Source of the DNA: Minisyncoccota bacterium
GTDB lineage: Bacteria > Patescibacteriota > Minisyncoccia > Phycocordibacterales > UBA2100
Assembly: GCA_043780835.1 (NCBI GenBank)
Contig: JAYWCB010000012.1
Location: forward strand, 21,998-85,997
Direction of reading: 5' to 3'
DNA: 64,000 nucleotides
The translations under genes and the position numbers were made by a program. Below are positions 36,353 through 45,866 of the stretch, piece after piece. How positions within the stretch are numbered: the stretch's first letter is position 1; each line of letters starts with the position of its first letter. The notes below the pieces were generated by a model. It was given only the letters and a program-made list of their open reading frames with translations. It ran no database searches and was not told the DNA's origin.

Positions 36353-37588
36353 CTATTCGCTATAACCGGGAATATCGTACCCCTTACTCTTCCAATATTT
36401 TGCAACCAGCTTTTGCAGTTGTGGCATTTGTTCCTCAGCATATTTTTTTGCCAATGCTTTCAAATCCGGCGTCGCAAGAAATCCCTGCAGATCAACCCCC
36501 GTGCCTGATTTAAAATCCCGCGAGATATAGTCGACGGTAATTGCATTGAGTATTTTTTCGCTCGTTGTAGTTCCTTGATTCTTATCAAAGAATGTCATGA
36601 TTCCCGCAACCGCTCCTCCATTGGATATCACTGCGCCACCGGAAGATCCATGCTGCCCGGCGATGTTGCCGTTAAACGCGACCGAGTCGAGTGCTGTGCC
36701 AGAACCGATTGCTCGGTGGCGATATACTGTCGCGGGCGATGCGAGCTGGTAGAGATTTCTCTGCAAGGTTTCAATACTTGTGAATTCCGATGCGTAGCCC
36801 AAGAGGTACACCGGTGCAGATACCGGCGGCGGACTATCTGCGAGTTTTAAATACGGAAACGTATCAGGCACGGTTACCCACGCAGAGCTGGGACCAGTTA
36901 TGAGCAATATTGCAAAATCATCTTTGCCGTAGGTAATGGTGTCATCCGAAGTACTCGTGCTCGTCAGCGTGTCGCGGACAAATCCCTCCGGCATGTACAG
37001 AAGCTCGGCAGTATATGCGGGATGCGCTGGAGAGCCCACGCGCACGACGCAATCTTCGAGGCTCGGCTGAGGCCACTTTGTAAACAGGAAATCCGCTGCT
37101 ACATGTGCGTTCGTCAGAATCACACCACGAGGATCAATAACAACCCCACTCCCACTTGATACAGCGCCACTGTACCTATCCGTACAAAACAGATTTACAA
37201 CTGCATCTCGCCAATGCTGATCAAATTCGAACGCAGACGCCGTTTGTGATGGTGAAGAACTTCCGGTGTCAGCATGTGCGACAGACTCCTGGGCAGGCGC
37301 CACAAGCGCAAGCATTTTATTGATCGCTGCGCGCGTGCGCGAACCGACGTATCCGCTTGCGGAAACGTGAATTGATCTTTGATACACTTTCACCGCTTTT
37401 TGCGTCTGTATGTAAAAATTGCCCGATGCCTCGTTGCTCAAAAACTTTTCCGCTATAAGAAATCGCTGCAGTTCTTTCACCTGTTCACCCGTAGAGCCGG
37501 TCTTGAGATCAGCATTGATGATCGCGCTCGAAACACTCGGTATACACGCGGCGAGCGCGACAAGGAGCACAGCAACCGTTCTTAGCAT
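36353..37588 (-). CDS. Secreted trypsin-like serine protease with peptidoglycan-binding domain
   Basis: PG_binding_1 (GSTGEQVKELQRFL..TQKAVKVYQ), GSGVVI..ILTNAHV, DFAIL, GSSGG. Confidence 0.88.
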   Translation of the reverse strand: MLRTVAVLLVALAACIPSVSSAIINADLKTGSTGEQVKELQRFLIAEKFLSNEASGNFYIQTQKAVKVYQRSIHVSASGYVGSRTRAAINKMLALVAPAQESVAHADTGSSSPSQTASAFEFDQHWRDAVVNLFCTDRYSGAVSSGSGVVIDPRGVILTNAHVAADFLFTKWPQPSLEDCVVRVGSPAHPAYTAELLYMPEGFVRDTLTSTSTSDDTITYGKDDFAILLITGPSSAWVTVPDTFPYLKLADSPPPVSAPVYLLGYASEFTSIETLQRNLYQLASPATVYRHRAIGSGTALDSVAFNGNIAGQHGSSGGAVISNGGAVAGIMTFFDKNQGTTTSEKILNAITVDYISRDFKSGTGVDLQGFLATPDLKALAKKYAEEQMPQLQKLVAKYWKSKGYDIPGYSE

Positions 37589-37632
37589 CTAATCATCGTA
37601 GTACAGAAAGTTCGCCATGGCACGAAGGTTAT

Positions 37633-37661
37633 AAAAAAGACGGGCATGGAGCCCGTCTTTT
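37633..37661 (-). terminator. Intrinsic terminator
   Basis: AAAAAAGACGGGC-atgga-GCCCGTCTTTT. Confidence 0.75.
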
Positions 37662-37683
37662 GAAGATCCGTCAACAACGGCTA

Positions 37684-37947
37684 TCAATCGCACTCGGTGA
37701 TGCGCTCATTACCCCAGCTACGCTGCACGTAGTAGGTGCGGCAGGAACGCCGTTCGCGATAGACGCGGGAGCGCTCCTCGTAGACGCGCGGACGCTCATA
37801 GTCGCGATCTCTGTAATCGCGCCGCTGCGGGCCGATGTCAATTCCAACGCCTCCAGGTCCGACATAAACGCCTTGTGCCGAAGCCGGTAAAGGTTCATAG
37901 CAGATAACGGCCAAGAGCACTGCCACAGTCAAACCGAACAACCTCAT
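37684..37947 (-). CDS. Small secreted Arg/Tyr-rich protein
   Basis: MRLFGLTVAVLL..ASA|QGVYVGPGGVGIDIGP..RDYRDRDYER..C..C; GAGGAGG SD. Confidence 0.75.
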   Translation of the reverse strand: MRLFGLTVAVLLAVICYEPLPASAQGVYVGPGGVGIDIGPQRRDYRDRDYERPRVYEERSRVYRERRSCRTYYVQRSWGNERITECD

Positions 37948-38076
37948 ATCATATCCTCCTCTACAACGGTGCACTCTGAGGTGCCCACGGTTACGCTATC
38001 AGCCCTTTTGTGATCACGCTATGAATAATCATTCTTGTTTCAGATCAGTAAAATCTTTAGAACATCTAAAGAATGT

Positions 38077-39360
38077 TTATGCGTGATGCGTTTCGGTGAG
38101 TTTAATGGTTGTATCCGTAGTGAGATGACCCGCAGGTTTTCGACGAACGAGTGCGATGTATCCATATATAACAGCAATGAGCATCGCCGCACCGCCGGTA
38201 GCAAGCGAAAGTCGTGCGTCATAATATTCACCGATCCATCCGATGATAGGTCCGCCTATGGGAGTTGAGCCCATCATCGCCATACTCCAAATCGCCATAA
38301 CGCGACCGCGCATTTCCGGATGCGCCTCGAGTTGAATCATTGAGTTTGCGGTTGAAACCATATTCACGGTAAAGAATCCGACGAGGATCATTCCGGCGAA
38401 TGCCAGTCCAAGAGACGGTGCCATAGACGCGAGCAGAATACTGAATCCGGAAAGCGCGCCGAACGCGAGAAACGGTGACGGACCAGTCTCTTTTCTACTT
38501 GCTGCGATTACTCCTCCGATTGCCGCACCTAATCCAAACGCAGACATCAAAGCCGCATACCCGCTCGCGTCTGACTCGAATGTTTGTTTCGCCATGAGCG
38601 CAAGACTGATCTGAAATTCAAATGTGAACGTGCCGATCAGTGCAATCATGATCATAAGATCGCGAATAAGCGGCGTGTGCCATACATATCGCCATCCCTC
38701 GCGCAGTTGGCCCGCCGCGCGAGCCGCAGGCACAGATCGCACCATGTCACGATCTCGAATAGTTTGCAGAATGAAGGACGCCACGATGTATGTCACCGCA
38801 TTGAAGAAGAAACAAAATCCGATGTTCGTCGCCGCGATTATAATTCCACCAATGGAGGGTCCGATTGCGCGTGCGAGATTATTGACCGACGCGTTGAGAC
38901 TAATCGCATTTTTCAAATGATCAGGTGTAACGAGTTCGGAGATTATAGTTTGTCGTGCGGGCATTTCAAATACACGAACAAATCCGAGCGCGAGCGCAAA
39001 TACATACAACATCCAAATGGTAATTACATGGAACACCACCAGTGCCCCGAGAACAGTCGAGGTGACGATATAGGCATACTGCGTGTACTGCAAAATACGT
39101 TTTTTATCAAATCGATCGGCGAGCAATCCGCCCCACGGCGCAAATAGCAGCAGCGGCAAAAACTGCGCAGCCACAATGAGACCGAGCTGTCCGCCGGACC
39201 CGGTGAGTTGCAGTCCGAGCCACCCGAGTGCAACTATCTGCATCCATGTGCCGGAAAGCGCGATCGCCTGTGAAATAAACAAGCGACGATAATTAAAAAT
39301 GGAGAGCGACGCGAAAGCGGACGCTCCGAACTGTGTGATTCGGTCCATATCTCTCGGCAT
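38077..39360 (-). CDS. MFS transporter (MFS_3/DHA3-like)
   Basis: GTWMQIVALGWL, GGLLADRFDKKR, PARQ, ARAIGPSIGG, MRGRVMA. Confidence 0.93.
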   Translation of the reverse strand: MPRDMDRITQFGASAFASLSIFNYRRLFISQAIALSGTWMQIVALGWLGLQLTGSGGQLGLIVAAQFLPLLLFAPWGGLLADRFDKKRILQYTQYAYIVTSTVLGALVVFHVITIWMLYVFALALGFVRVFEMPARQTIISELVTPDHLKNAISLNASVNNLARAIGPSIGGIIIAATNIGFCFFFNAVTYIVASFILQTIRDRDMVRSVPAARAAGQLREGWRYVWHTPLIRDLMIMIALIGTFTFEFQISLALMAKQTFESDASGYAALMSAFGLGAAIGGVIAASRKETGPSPFLAFGALSGFSILLASMAPSLGLAFAGMILVGFFTVNMVSTANSMIQLEAHPEMRGRVMAIWSMAMMGSTPIGGPIIGWIGEYYDARLSLATGGAAMLIAVIYGYIALVRRKPAGHLTTDTTIKLTETHHA

Positions 39361-39367
39361 CTCTCTG

Positions 39368-40126
39368 CTACGCCTTCGGCTTGAGGCTCTGCACGAATCC
39401 TTCGAATGATTTTAAAATTTCAAGCGGTACTCCAAATACAATAGTGTTCGAGGCATCAGAAGAAATATCATTAATTGACTGCAGCGTGCGCAGATGCAGC
39501 GCCCCCGGTACCGCAGAAAGGATTTGCGCAGCTTTTGCCATGTTTTCGGCTGCTGCAAGCTCCCCTTCTGCGTTGATGATGACGGCACGCTTCTCTCGCT
39601 CCGCCTCAGCCTGCTTTGCGATGGTGCGCTCCATGTCGGGCGGCAGAAATACATCACGAAGTTCCACGCTACTTACATCCAATCCCCACGTCTCGGTTTG
39701 CTTGTCCACGATTTCTGCGATGCGAGTCGCAAGTTTTTCCCGATGCGCCAGCAGCTCATCGAGTGTTGCTTCGCCCACAATATTGCGCATCGTGGTCTGG
39801 GCATACTGCGAAATGGCGTATCGATAATCTTCGACTTCCAGGATAGCCTTTTCAGCATTATCGACTTTGTAATATAAAACTGCGTTCACCGTGACAGAAA
39901 CGTTGTCGCGCGTGATTGCCTTCTGATCCGGTATATCGACTGCTTTGACTCGCATATCGACTTTTTGATATCCCTGGAACACCGGAATGACCAGCTTCCA
40001 GCCGGGTTCCATAATCGAGGTGAATTTACCGAGTGAGAACTTTACGCCCCGTTCGTATTGATTTATCTGTTTAATGCTTGCGAGAATTATCACAGCAACA
40101 ATTACGACGAGTACTACAATTGGCAT
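39368..40126 (-). CDS. SPFH/stomatin (slipin) family protein
   Basis: YERGVKFSLG, ITRDNVSVTVNAV, AQTTMRNIVG, QAEAEREKRA, ALHLRTLQ. Confidence 0.94.
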   Translation of the reverse strand: MPIVVLVVIVAVIILASIKQINQYERGVKFSLGKFTSIMEPGWKLVIPVFQGYQKVDMRVKAVDIPDQKAITRDNVSVTVNAVLYYKVDNAEKAILEVEDYRYAISQYAQTTMRNIVGEATLDELLAHREKLATRIAEIVDKQTETWGLDVSSVELRDVFLPPDMERTIAKQAEAEREKRAVIINAEGELAAAENMAKAAQILSAVPGALHLRTLQSINDISSDASNTIVFGVPLEILKSFEGFVQSLKPKA

Positions 40127-40202
40127 ATATTGAGTATAGCAAAACTCTCAGTATGCAAAACGCCGGCATGAGACCGGCGTTGTGCACGTATAGAGTTCGG
40201 AA

Positions 40203-40586
40203 TTAAAGTAGGGCGAATCCGTAGGCTACGAGATAGCCGCCGATGAGCACCGATGCCACCGCTCCGCTCATGAACCATTCAGATTTGTTGAACGATTTTA
40301 TGAACTTTTGGGTCGATTTATATGGCGACGCGAGATAAATCAATCCTTCGACGAGCAACATGTAACCGATGACAGAAAAGATGCCTTCGACCGACCAGGT
40401 GATCGTCGGATATGCGAGCGCAAGCGCAAGACCCGCACCAATTTCTATGATAGCGAGTGTCAAAAGAACAGGGCGGTTACCCGCGAGTTCTGAAATCGCA
40501 GGCATCACTGCCTTTCGACGGATAAGGATAACGATGCCGATAATCAAGAAATACAAACCAAACAACTTAGCGAGAAAGATCTCCAT
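40203..40586 (-). CDS. Four-TM membrane protein
   Basis: MEIFLAKLFGLY.., hydrophobic helices. Confidence 0.75.
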   Translation of the reverse strand: MEIFLAKLFGLYFLIIGIVILIRRKAVMPAISELAGNRPVLLTLAIIEIGAGLALALAYPTITWSVEGIFSVIGYMLLVEGLIYLASPYKSTQKFIKSFNKSEWFMSGAVASVLIGGYLVAYGFALL

Positions 40587-40695
40587 GTAGTATGTGAATG
40601 AAAAAGAGAACTAATAAATCTATGAATGTAGCGTATCACGCAGTTTGAGTGCTCGTACGTCAATAGAGGTTTTGCGTGTGTATATCTTTTTACAT

Positions 40696-40725
40696 AAAAA
40701 AACGCGCCGGAATGGCGCGTTTTTT
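40696..40725 (-). terminator. Intrinsic terminator
   Basis: AAAAAAACGCGCC-ggaat-GGCGCGTTTTTT. Confidence 0.75.
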
Positions 40726-40743
40726 CTTGTTGCGTTCGAATAC

Positions 40744-40995
40744 TTATACGCGTCGGAAGAGACGCACGATGAACAGCAACACAACGGCGCCGAGTACGGC
40801 AACCACGAGGCTGTAGATATTGAAGCCTGAGACGCCCGCAGAACCAAACGCATTGAACAGCATTCCGCCGATAAATGCGCCGATCACACCGACGACTACG
40901 TTGAGGAAGATACCCTGCGATGCATCGGTACCCATGATAAGTGAAGCAATCCAACCGGCGATACCGCCGAGAACGAGAAATGCAATAAGTTCCAT
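40744..40995 (-). CDS. GlsB/YeaQ/YmgE (transglycosylase-associated) membrane protein
   Basis: GGIAGWIASLIMG, NVVVGVIGAFIGG, SLVVAVLGAVVLL. Confidence 0.93.
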   Translation of the reverse strand: MELIAFLVLGGIAGWIASLIMGTDASQGIFLNVVVGVIGAFIGGMLFNAFGSAGVSGFNIYSLVVAVLGAVVLLFIVRLFRRV

Positions 40996-41206
40996 ACTTT
41001 ATCAATTATAGTTAGCTACTAATAAATGGGTGTTGCCCGCAGTGGCGCGGGTATGAACACTATATCGAAGCGTCAGTGTAGAGATTATGAAGATGTTCAT
41101 GAGAGCCCTGCTGTATCGATTTGTACCCGGATCGCAGCCCTCCAGCGGACTATGTACCGTGGAGCAGCTTGTGCAGTTGCGTCAGCCGTGCACAATGCGT
41201 CTACCT

Positions 41207-41917
41207 ATGGAATCCGACTTCCCCATGCGAATCAATAAGTACCTCGCGCACAAGAAAATATGCACGCGCAAAGCTGCAGACGAATACATCACACAAGGTC
41301 TGGTAAAGATCAACGGTAAAAAGGCGGCTCTCGGCGATAAGGTCAGCGAAACAGACGATGTGTCAGTCAATCTCCCGAAACGCACGTATCAATACCTCGC
41401 CTATAACAAACCGCGTGGCATCATCACACACTCCGCACAAAAGGATATAGATCCCGATGAAAAAGACATTAAAGAGATCATGCCGATTCCCGGCGTATTT
41501 CCTGTCGGGCGATTGGATAAGGATTCATACGGGCTCATCATTCTCACTGATGACGGTCGACTCACCGATGCCCTCTTGAATCCGGCTCATGAACACGAAA
41601 AAGAATACGATGTCGTATGCGCGACGAAACTGCCGAGCTATTTCAAAGGCAGACTCGAAGCCGGTATTGACATCGGCGGCTACACAACAAAACCATGCAC
41701 CATCTCAATGCGCGGTGATCGCTCTTTCACAATCAAACTAACGGAAGGCAAAAAACATCAAATCCGGCGCATGGTCGGATCCCTCGGTCAGAGCACTGTC
41801 GATTTACGACGCACACGTATATTGAATATTAAAATCGGTTTGCTCAAGAGTGGCCAATTCCGCAAGATCAACGGCGCAGAACTTCATGCGTTTCTAAAAA
41901 CACTCGGTATTACGTAG
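41207..41917 (+). CDS. rRNA pseudouridine synthase (RsuA/RluB/RluF family)
   Basis: S4 domain MRINKYLA..TRKAADE, YNKPRG, VGRLDKDS.GL, HEKEY, EGKKHQIRRM. Confidence 0.93.
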   Translation: MESDFPMRINKYLAHKKICTRKAADEYITQGLVKINGKKAALGDKVSETDDVSVNLPKRTYQYLAYNKPRGIITHSAQKDIDPDEKDIKEIMPIPGVFPVGRLDKDSYGLIILTDDGRLTDALLNPAHEHEKEYDVVCATKLPSYFKGRLEAGIDIGGYTTKPCTISMRGDRSFTIKLTEGKKHQIRRMVGSLGQSTVDLRRTRILNIKIGLLKSGQFRKINGAELHAFLKTLGIT

Positions 41918-41918
41918 T

Positions 41919-42467
41919 TTAAGGGAAGATGTTCGCAAACTGCGCATAGCCTTCTTTTTCGAGATCTGCCTGTGCTATGAATCGGAGTGCTGCAGAATTG
42001 ATACAGTAACGCTGCCCGAGCGGCGCAGGACCGTCGGTAAAGCGATGACCCAAATGTGAATTCCCCTGTTTTGATCGTACTTCAGTGCGCTCAAATCCGA
42101 GTGAATCATCGGTGACTTCAACAATATTTTCCGGTACGAGCGGCTTTGTAAATGAGGGCCACCCGGTACCGGAATCGAATTTTTCCGTGGAAGAAAAGAG
42201 CGGCTCTCCGGAAACTATATCAACGTAGATACCCGCTTCGTGATTGTTCCAATACTCATTCTGAAACGGCGGTTCGGTACCGTCTTTTTGTGTGACTTCG
42301 TACTGAATGGGAGTGAGGCGTACTTGTCCGCGTCCGGATACGAATTTCTCTTCAGGAGTCTTCGTGTCAGTCTTGTGCGCCCTCTGTTGATGACCCGCCG
42401 CAAATATCGCGGCAGCGAGCGCAAGCAGCATGACACCGAAGAACGAGAGCTTCAGGCTCGTGTTCAT
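41919..42467 (-). CDS. msrB: Peptide-methionine (R)-S-oxide reductase with N-terminal signal/anchor
   Basis: [36 protein letters not shown]. Confidence 0.95.
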   Translation of the reverse strand: MNTSLKLSFFGVMLLALAAAIFAAGHQQRAHKTDTKTPEEKFVSGRGQVRLTPIQYEVTQKDGTEPPFQNEYWNNHEAGIYVDIVSGEPLFSSTEKFDSGTGWPSFTKPLVPENIVEVTDDSLGFERTEVRSKQGNSHLGHRFTDGPAPLGQRYCINSAALRFIAQADLEKEGYAQFANIFP

Positions 42468-42491
42468 ACAGGTAGCGTATCACGTGTGTAT

Positions 42492-43946
42492 TCACTTGAG
42501 GAGGTCAAGCGTCTCATCGATGCGGATTTCTTTGACGAATTCGGGAACGTGACTCACCAGCACCATCGCCCCCTCATAGGAGTCGAGCGCGCGAGCGATT
42601 ACAGGAATGTGACGGAAATTTATGTGATTGGTCGGTTCGTCCAAAATTAGCAACCCGGGTTCCATCAATACTAGTCGGGCAAATGCCACGAGGCCTTTTT
42701 GGCCTTCGGAGAGGTGTCCGATCTTTGTGTGGATGAGATCGCCGGTAAGCAAAAATCCCGCTGCAACATGGCGCAGCGTTTCTTCGTACTTCTTTTTCAT
42801 AACCGCCATCAACTCCTCGTGTACCGTTTTTTCAAAGTCGAGGTTCGAAAAATCTTGTCGGTAATACCCCACCTTCGTGCCCGGCAAAATAGTCGAACCG
42901 TCTTCTTTGTTCACAATACTTTCGAGCAGTGTGGATTTGCCGATGCCGTTGGGTCCCAAAAGCAAAAGATGGTGGTTCTTTTTTAATACGAGCGATTTCT
43001 TTTTTACTTTCGCTTTATGATCGAGTATGACCTTATAGGATTCGATTTTGAGAATCTCCCCCACCATGTTTTCGGGTGTAGGAATTTTGAACGGCTTTAT
43101 GGTTTTGTCTTCTTTGCGGACATCCACCATGTCTTCTTCCGCATCTTCGGCAGCCTGGCGCATTCGCTTTGCCACAAGTCGCATACCGCCTCCTTTGTGT
43201 GCGAATACATTGGCCTGGTCTTTATTTGCCTGAATTTTCTTCGCGAGCTGTGCGTTCTTGGCATTTTCTTTTTCGATGCGACCCTTGATATCTTCGAGCA
43301 CATCGTTGTAGTTACCGGTGTACTGTTCAGTCTTTTGCGAATGCACATCCAGATACAGCACGCCCTGTGTGAACGAGTTGAGAAATTCCGCGTCGTGAGA
43401 AATCACGATGACTGTTTTTTCATATTGTTGAAGAAATTTTGTGAGGTGCGCGATACCGGCTTTGTCCAGATTATTCGTCGGCTCATCAAGGAGCAGCACG
43501 TCCGGTTTTTGAATCAAGGCCGAGGCGAGCAACAAACGTGCCTGTTGACCGCCGGAGAAGGATTTGACGATGCGATCGTGCGGCGCGTGCACGTTTACGA
43601 TTTCCAACACACTATCGATTTTCGGATCAATGTCATATACCTTGTGTGGAAATACATTTTGAAAGAAATCGCGCACCGTGAGCTCGAGCTCCGGTCGCGG
43701 TATTACTTGTCGGGCGATCGCAATGGAGAGACCGTGCGGAATATTGATCATACCGTTTTCCGGTTCAATCGCGCCGGTGATCAATCCGAAAATTGTGCTT
43801 TTTCCCGCACCGTTCTGACCCATGAGTGTCAGCTTCGCGCCTTTGCGAATACTAAACGACGCCTCATCGAGGATTCGCTTTTTTGCGTTGTATTCATACG
43901 AAACACCGTCGAATCGAACGACGGTCGGAATGCCGGACATAGTCAT
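42492..43946 (-). CDS. ABC-F family ATPase
   Basis: Two ABC cassettes (GQNGAGKST/FSGGQ/DEPTN; GPNGIGKST/LSEGQ/DEPTNH) with linker, no TM; start moved to 43946. Confidence 0.92.
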   Translation of the reverse strand: MTMSGIPTVVRFDGVSYEYNAKKRILDEASFSIRKGAKLTLMGQNGAGKSTIFGLITGAIEPENGMINIPHGLSIAIARQVIPRPELELTVRDFFQNVFPHKVYDIDPKIDSVLEIVNVHAPHDRIVKSFSGGQQARLLLASALIQKPDVLLLDEPTNNLDKAGIAHLTKFLQQYEKTVIVISHDAEFLNSFTQGVLYLDVHSQKTEQYTGNYNDVLEDIKGRIEKENAKNAQLAKKIQANKDQANVFAHKGGGMRLVAKRMRQAAEDAEEDMVDVRKEDKTIKPFKIPTPENMVGEILKIESYKVILDHKAKVKKKSLVLKKNHHLLLLGPNGIGKSTLLESIVNKEDGSTILPGTKVGYYRQDFSNLDFEKTVHEELMAVMKKKYEETLRHVAAGFLLTGDLIHTKIGHLSEGQKGLVAFARLVLMEPGLLILDEPTNHINFRHIPVIARALDSYEGAMVLVSHVPEFVKEIRIDETLDLLK

Positions 43947-43950
43947 GAAC

Positions 43951-44214
43951 CTACCGCACCTTTCGTGAATCACCAACTGTACGAATGAGTTCGAGTTTCT
44001 GAAGTCGCGACATTTTCTTAATTTCTGCTTCCCTGCGGAGTGCCGCTCCGCGCACGTGCCCTGATTCAATGTATTCCATACGGAGCGCGCCGCGCGAGCG
44101 CGTATATTTACTCGCCGTGCCAGCCTTATGTGCAGCAAGACGTTTCGTAATGTCAGTGGTGATGCCCGTATAGAGCGATCGGTCGCGGCATCTGAGCATA
44201 TATACAAAATACAT
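43951..44214 (-). CDS. GIY-YIG nuclease family protein (UPF0213/YazA-like)
   Basis: YFVYMLRC.D.SLYTGIT....RL..H..G..SKYTR, ALRREAEIKK. Confidence 0.9.
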   Translation of the reverse strand: MYFVYMLRCRDRSLYTGITTDITKRLAAHKAGTASKYTRSRGALRMEYIESGHVRGAALRREAEIKKMSRLQKLELIRTVGDSRKVR

Positions 44215-44243
44215 AGTTTCGATGCTAGCACGACTCAAAACTG

Positions 44244-44271
44244 AAAAACCATCCGGAGCGGATGGTTTTTT
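44244..44271 (-). terminator. Intrinsic terminator
   Basis: AAAAACCATCC-ggagc-GGATGGTTTTTT. Confidence 0.75.
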
Positions 44272-44275
44272 GTGA

Positions 44276-44419
44276 TTATGCGAGCGCTTTTGCGCACGGT
44301 AGACAGGAGTTTTGCAAAGGGCGCGTCTTTATATATTTGCCGCCGCATGCACACGTAACAACCTGAACCGTATTCGGGTTTTCGATCCACTTGCCGTCTT
44401 GAAGGAAATTTTTTGACAT
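44276..44419 (-). CDS. 47-aa Cys4 zinc-finger-like microprotein (not in ORF track)
   Basis: MSKNFLQDGKWIENPNTVQVVTCACGGKYIKTRPLQNSCLPCAKALA*; CxC...CxxC; own promoter and terminator. Confidence 0.7.
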   Translation of the reverse strand: MSKNFLQDGKWIENPNTVQVVTCACGGKYIKTRPLQNSCLPCAKALA

Positions 44420-44564
44420 AGTTTTTTGTGTCTTCAAACGAAATGCTGATCTGTCTCAGAACGAGACTAGCTCCGAGTGCCGTATATCACTGTCGAACTG
44501 TCCCATGATGCTGCACGAATGCCGCGCCAGGTAATAAAACCGAGGAGAAAGTAGGACTTCGTCT

Positions 44565-44593
44565 ATTCTGTCATGAATAAATGCGATTGTCAA
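44565..44593 (-). promoter_or_regulatory. Sigma70-type promoter giving a ~140-nt leader
   Basis: TTGACA-N17-CAGAAT with extended TG. Confidence 0.6.
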
Positions 44594-44599
44594 GGATAC

Positions 44600-45838
44600 T
44601 TATCCTGCAGGGACACAGACAAGCGTCCGCAATCCCGGCGGGGTACTGCACGCTCCTGAAAGCGCCTCCCCTCTACCCCCCGTAAAGCTACACGACGCAT
44701 TCGATAGTTTCCCTGAACATGCAGCGACTGCTTCTGGAGGAGGTCCTGACGATAGCCCGCGATCGGGTGGTACGGGCGGCATCGTGCGCGAAGGCTGACC
44801 TTGCAATACACCTTGCTGGAGTGCGCCGCCGCTTGGGCCGGTTGTTGCCGGTTTGCCGCGGAAACAGCTCGCAGAATACGGGAAATCCACTGTCATTACA
44901 TAATGATACGTAGTCTTTTTCTTACCATCGACGACGATATCGCTTGTTATGCCGTGGCATTCATCGAGGTCTTCAGTGGTAAGAAACTTACCGTCTGCAA
45001 CCTTTGATCCGGTAATGGGAAAACCGTCGTATGCAAAACCAAGCACGCTATCTATACCCGTATCTTTGATGCACGATGACAGACTGTGATAGTGATACTC
45101 ACCGGAACCCTGCGGATGTCCGGTGCACGAGTCTTGTACTTCATGAGCCGGCGCGTCGCGCAGGCCGGCATCAAATGCATTGAAGAGCGGAACCCCGGTG
45201 AGCATGATGCCGACTTCCCCACCCATACAATACGGTGTCTCTGAATATACGGGATCGGACGGCACTTTTTGATTTATGGATTGTGCGGAAATTGTATTTG
45301 GATTCGGATCATACGCCGCGGCGGGATCCGACTTGGAAACGGGAAAAATCCCAGTCATATGAGACGCCGGCAATGCATTACTCGCGAGTGTTCGCGTTGA
45401 TCCCGAAATTGTATTCGAAAACCGTGCATTCGGCCACGAAACAGAGCCCGCGACGGATACTTTATTCATAAAATTCCATGTGTCGTTTTTTATCCATGGA
45501 CCGTTGACCATGGATCCCGGATTATCTTTGCGGGCGTTACACAAATATATATATCCTTTTTTTGCTACGGTCGTGGAGTAGCGATAATCACCGAGTGGCA
45601 CAGTGCCGTCTTGATATAAATTGTCTGCAAGTGTGAGCAGCTGCCCTTGTGAGAATGGCGTCTGTTTCGATATGCCCGAGCCGGCCTTCGGAATGAAGAC
45701 ATTGACCGATGTAGTAACAACGGCAGCGTTATTTGAGAATGTTGACTCCGGCCGTGAGATATATGAAAGCGGCCCGGTAACGAACCACAACGATACAAAC
45801 AGTGCGAACACGACCAATATCGGCGTGTGAAGCTTCAT
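44600..45838 (-). CDS. Secreted YHYH-domain protein
   Basis: GIMLTGVPLFN, DSCTGHP..GEYHYH, GFAYDGFPI, DLDECHG, YHYVMT; C-terminal Cys-rich PPPEAVAAC module. Confidence 0.9.
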   Translation of the reverse strand: MKLHTPILVVFALFVSLWFVTGPLSYISRPESTFSNNAAVVTTSVNVFIPKAGSGISKQTPFSQGQLLTLADNLYQDGTVPLGDYRYSTTVAKKGYIYLCNARKDNPGSMVNGPWIKNDTWNFMNKVSVAGSVSWPNARFSNTISGSTRTLASNALPASHMTGIFPVSKSDPAAAYDPNPNTISAQSINQKVPSDPVYSETPYCMGGEVGIMLTGVPLFNAFDAGLRDAPAHEVQDSCTGHPQGSGEYHYHSLSSCIKDTGIDSVLGFAYDGFPITGSKVADGKFLTTEDLDECHGITSDIVVDGKKKTTYHYVMTVDFPYSASCFRGKPATTGPSGGALQQGVLQGQPSRTMPPVPPDRGLSSGPPPEAVAACSGKLSNASCSFTGGRGEALSGACSTPPGLRTLVCVPAG

Positions 45839-45866
45839 GCGTGTAGTATATCGTGTAAATGATCGG

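Noticed and set aside
43017-43988. 323-aa plus-strand ORF
   Set aside because: Antisense shadow of the ABC-F gene, no motifs
43951-44214. GIY-YIG as a homing endonuclease or mobile element
   Set aside because: 87-aa stand-alone UPF0213-type protein with no intron context or DNA-binding extension
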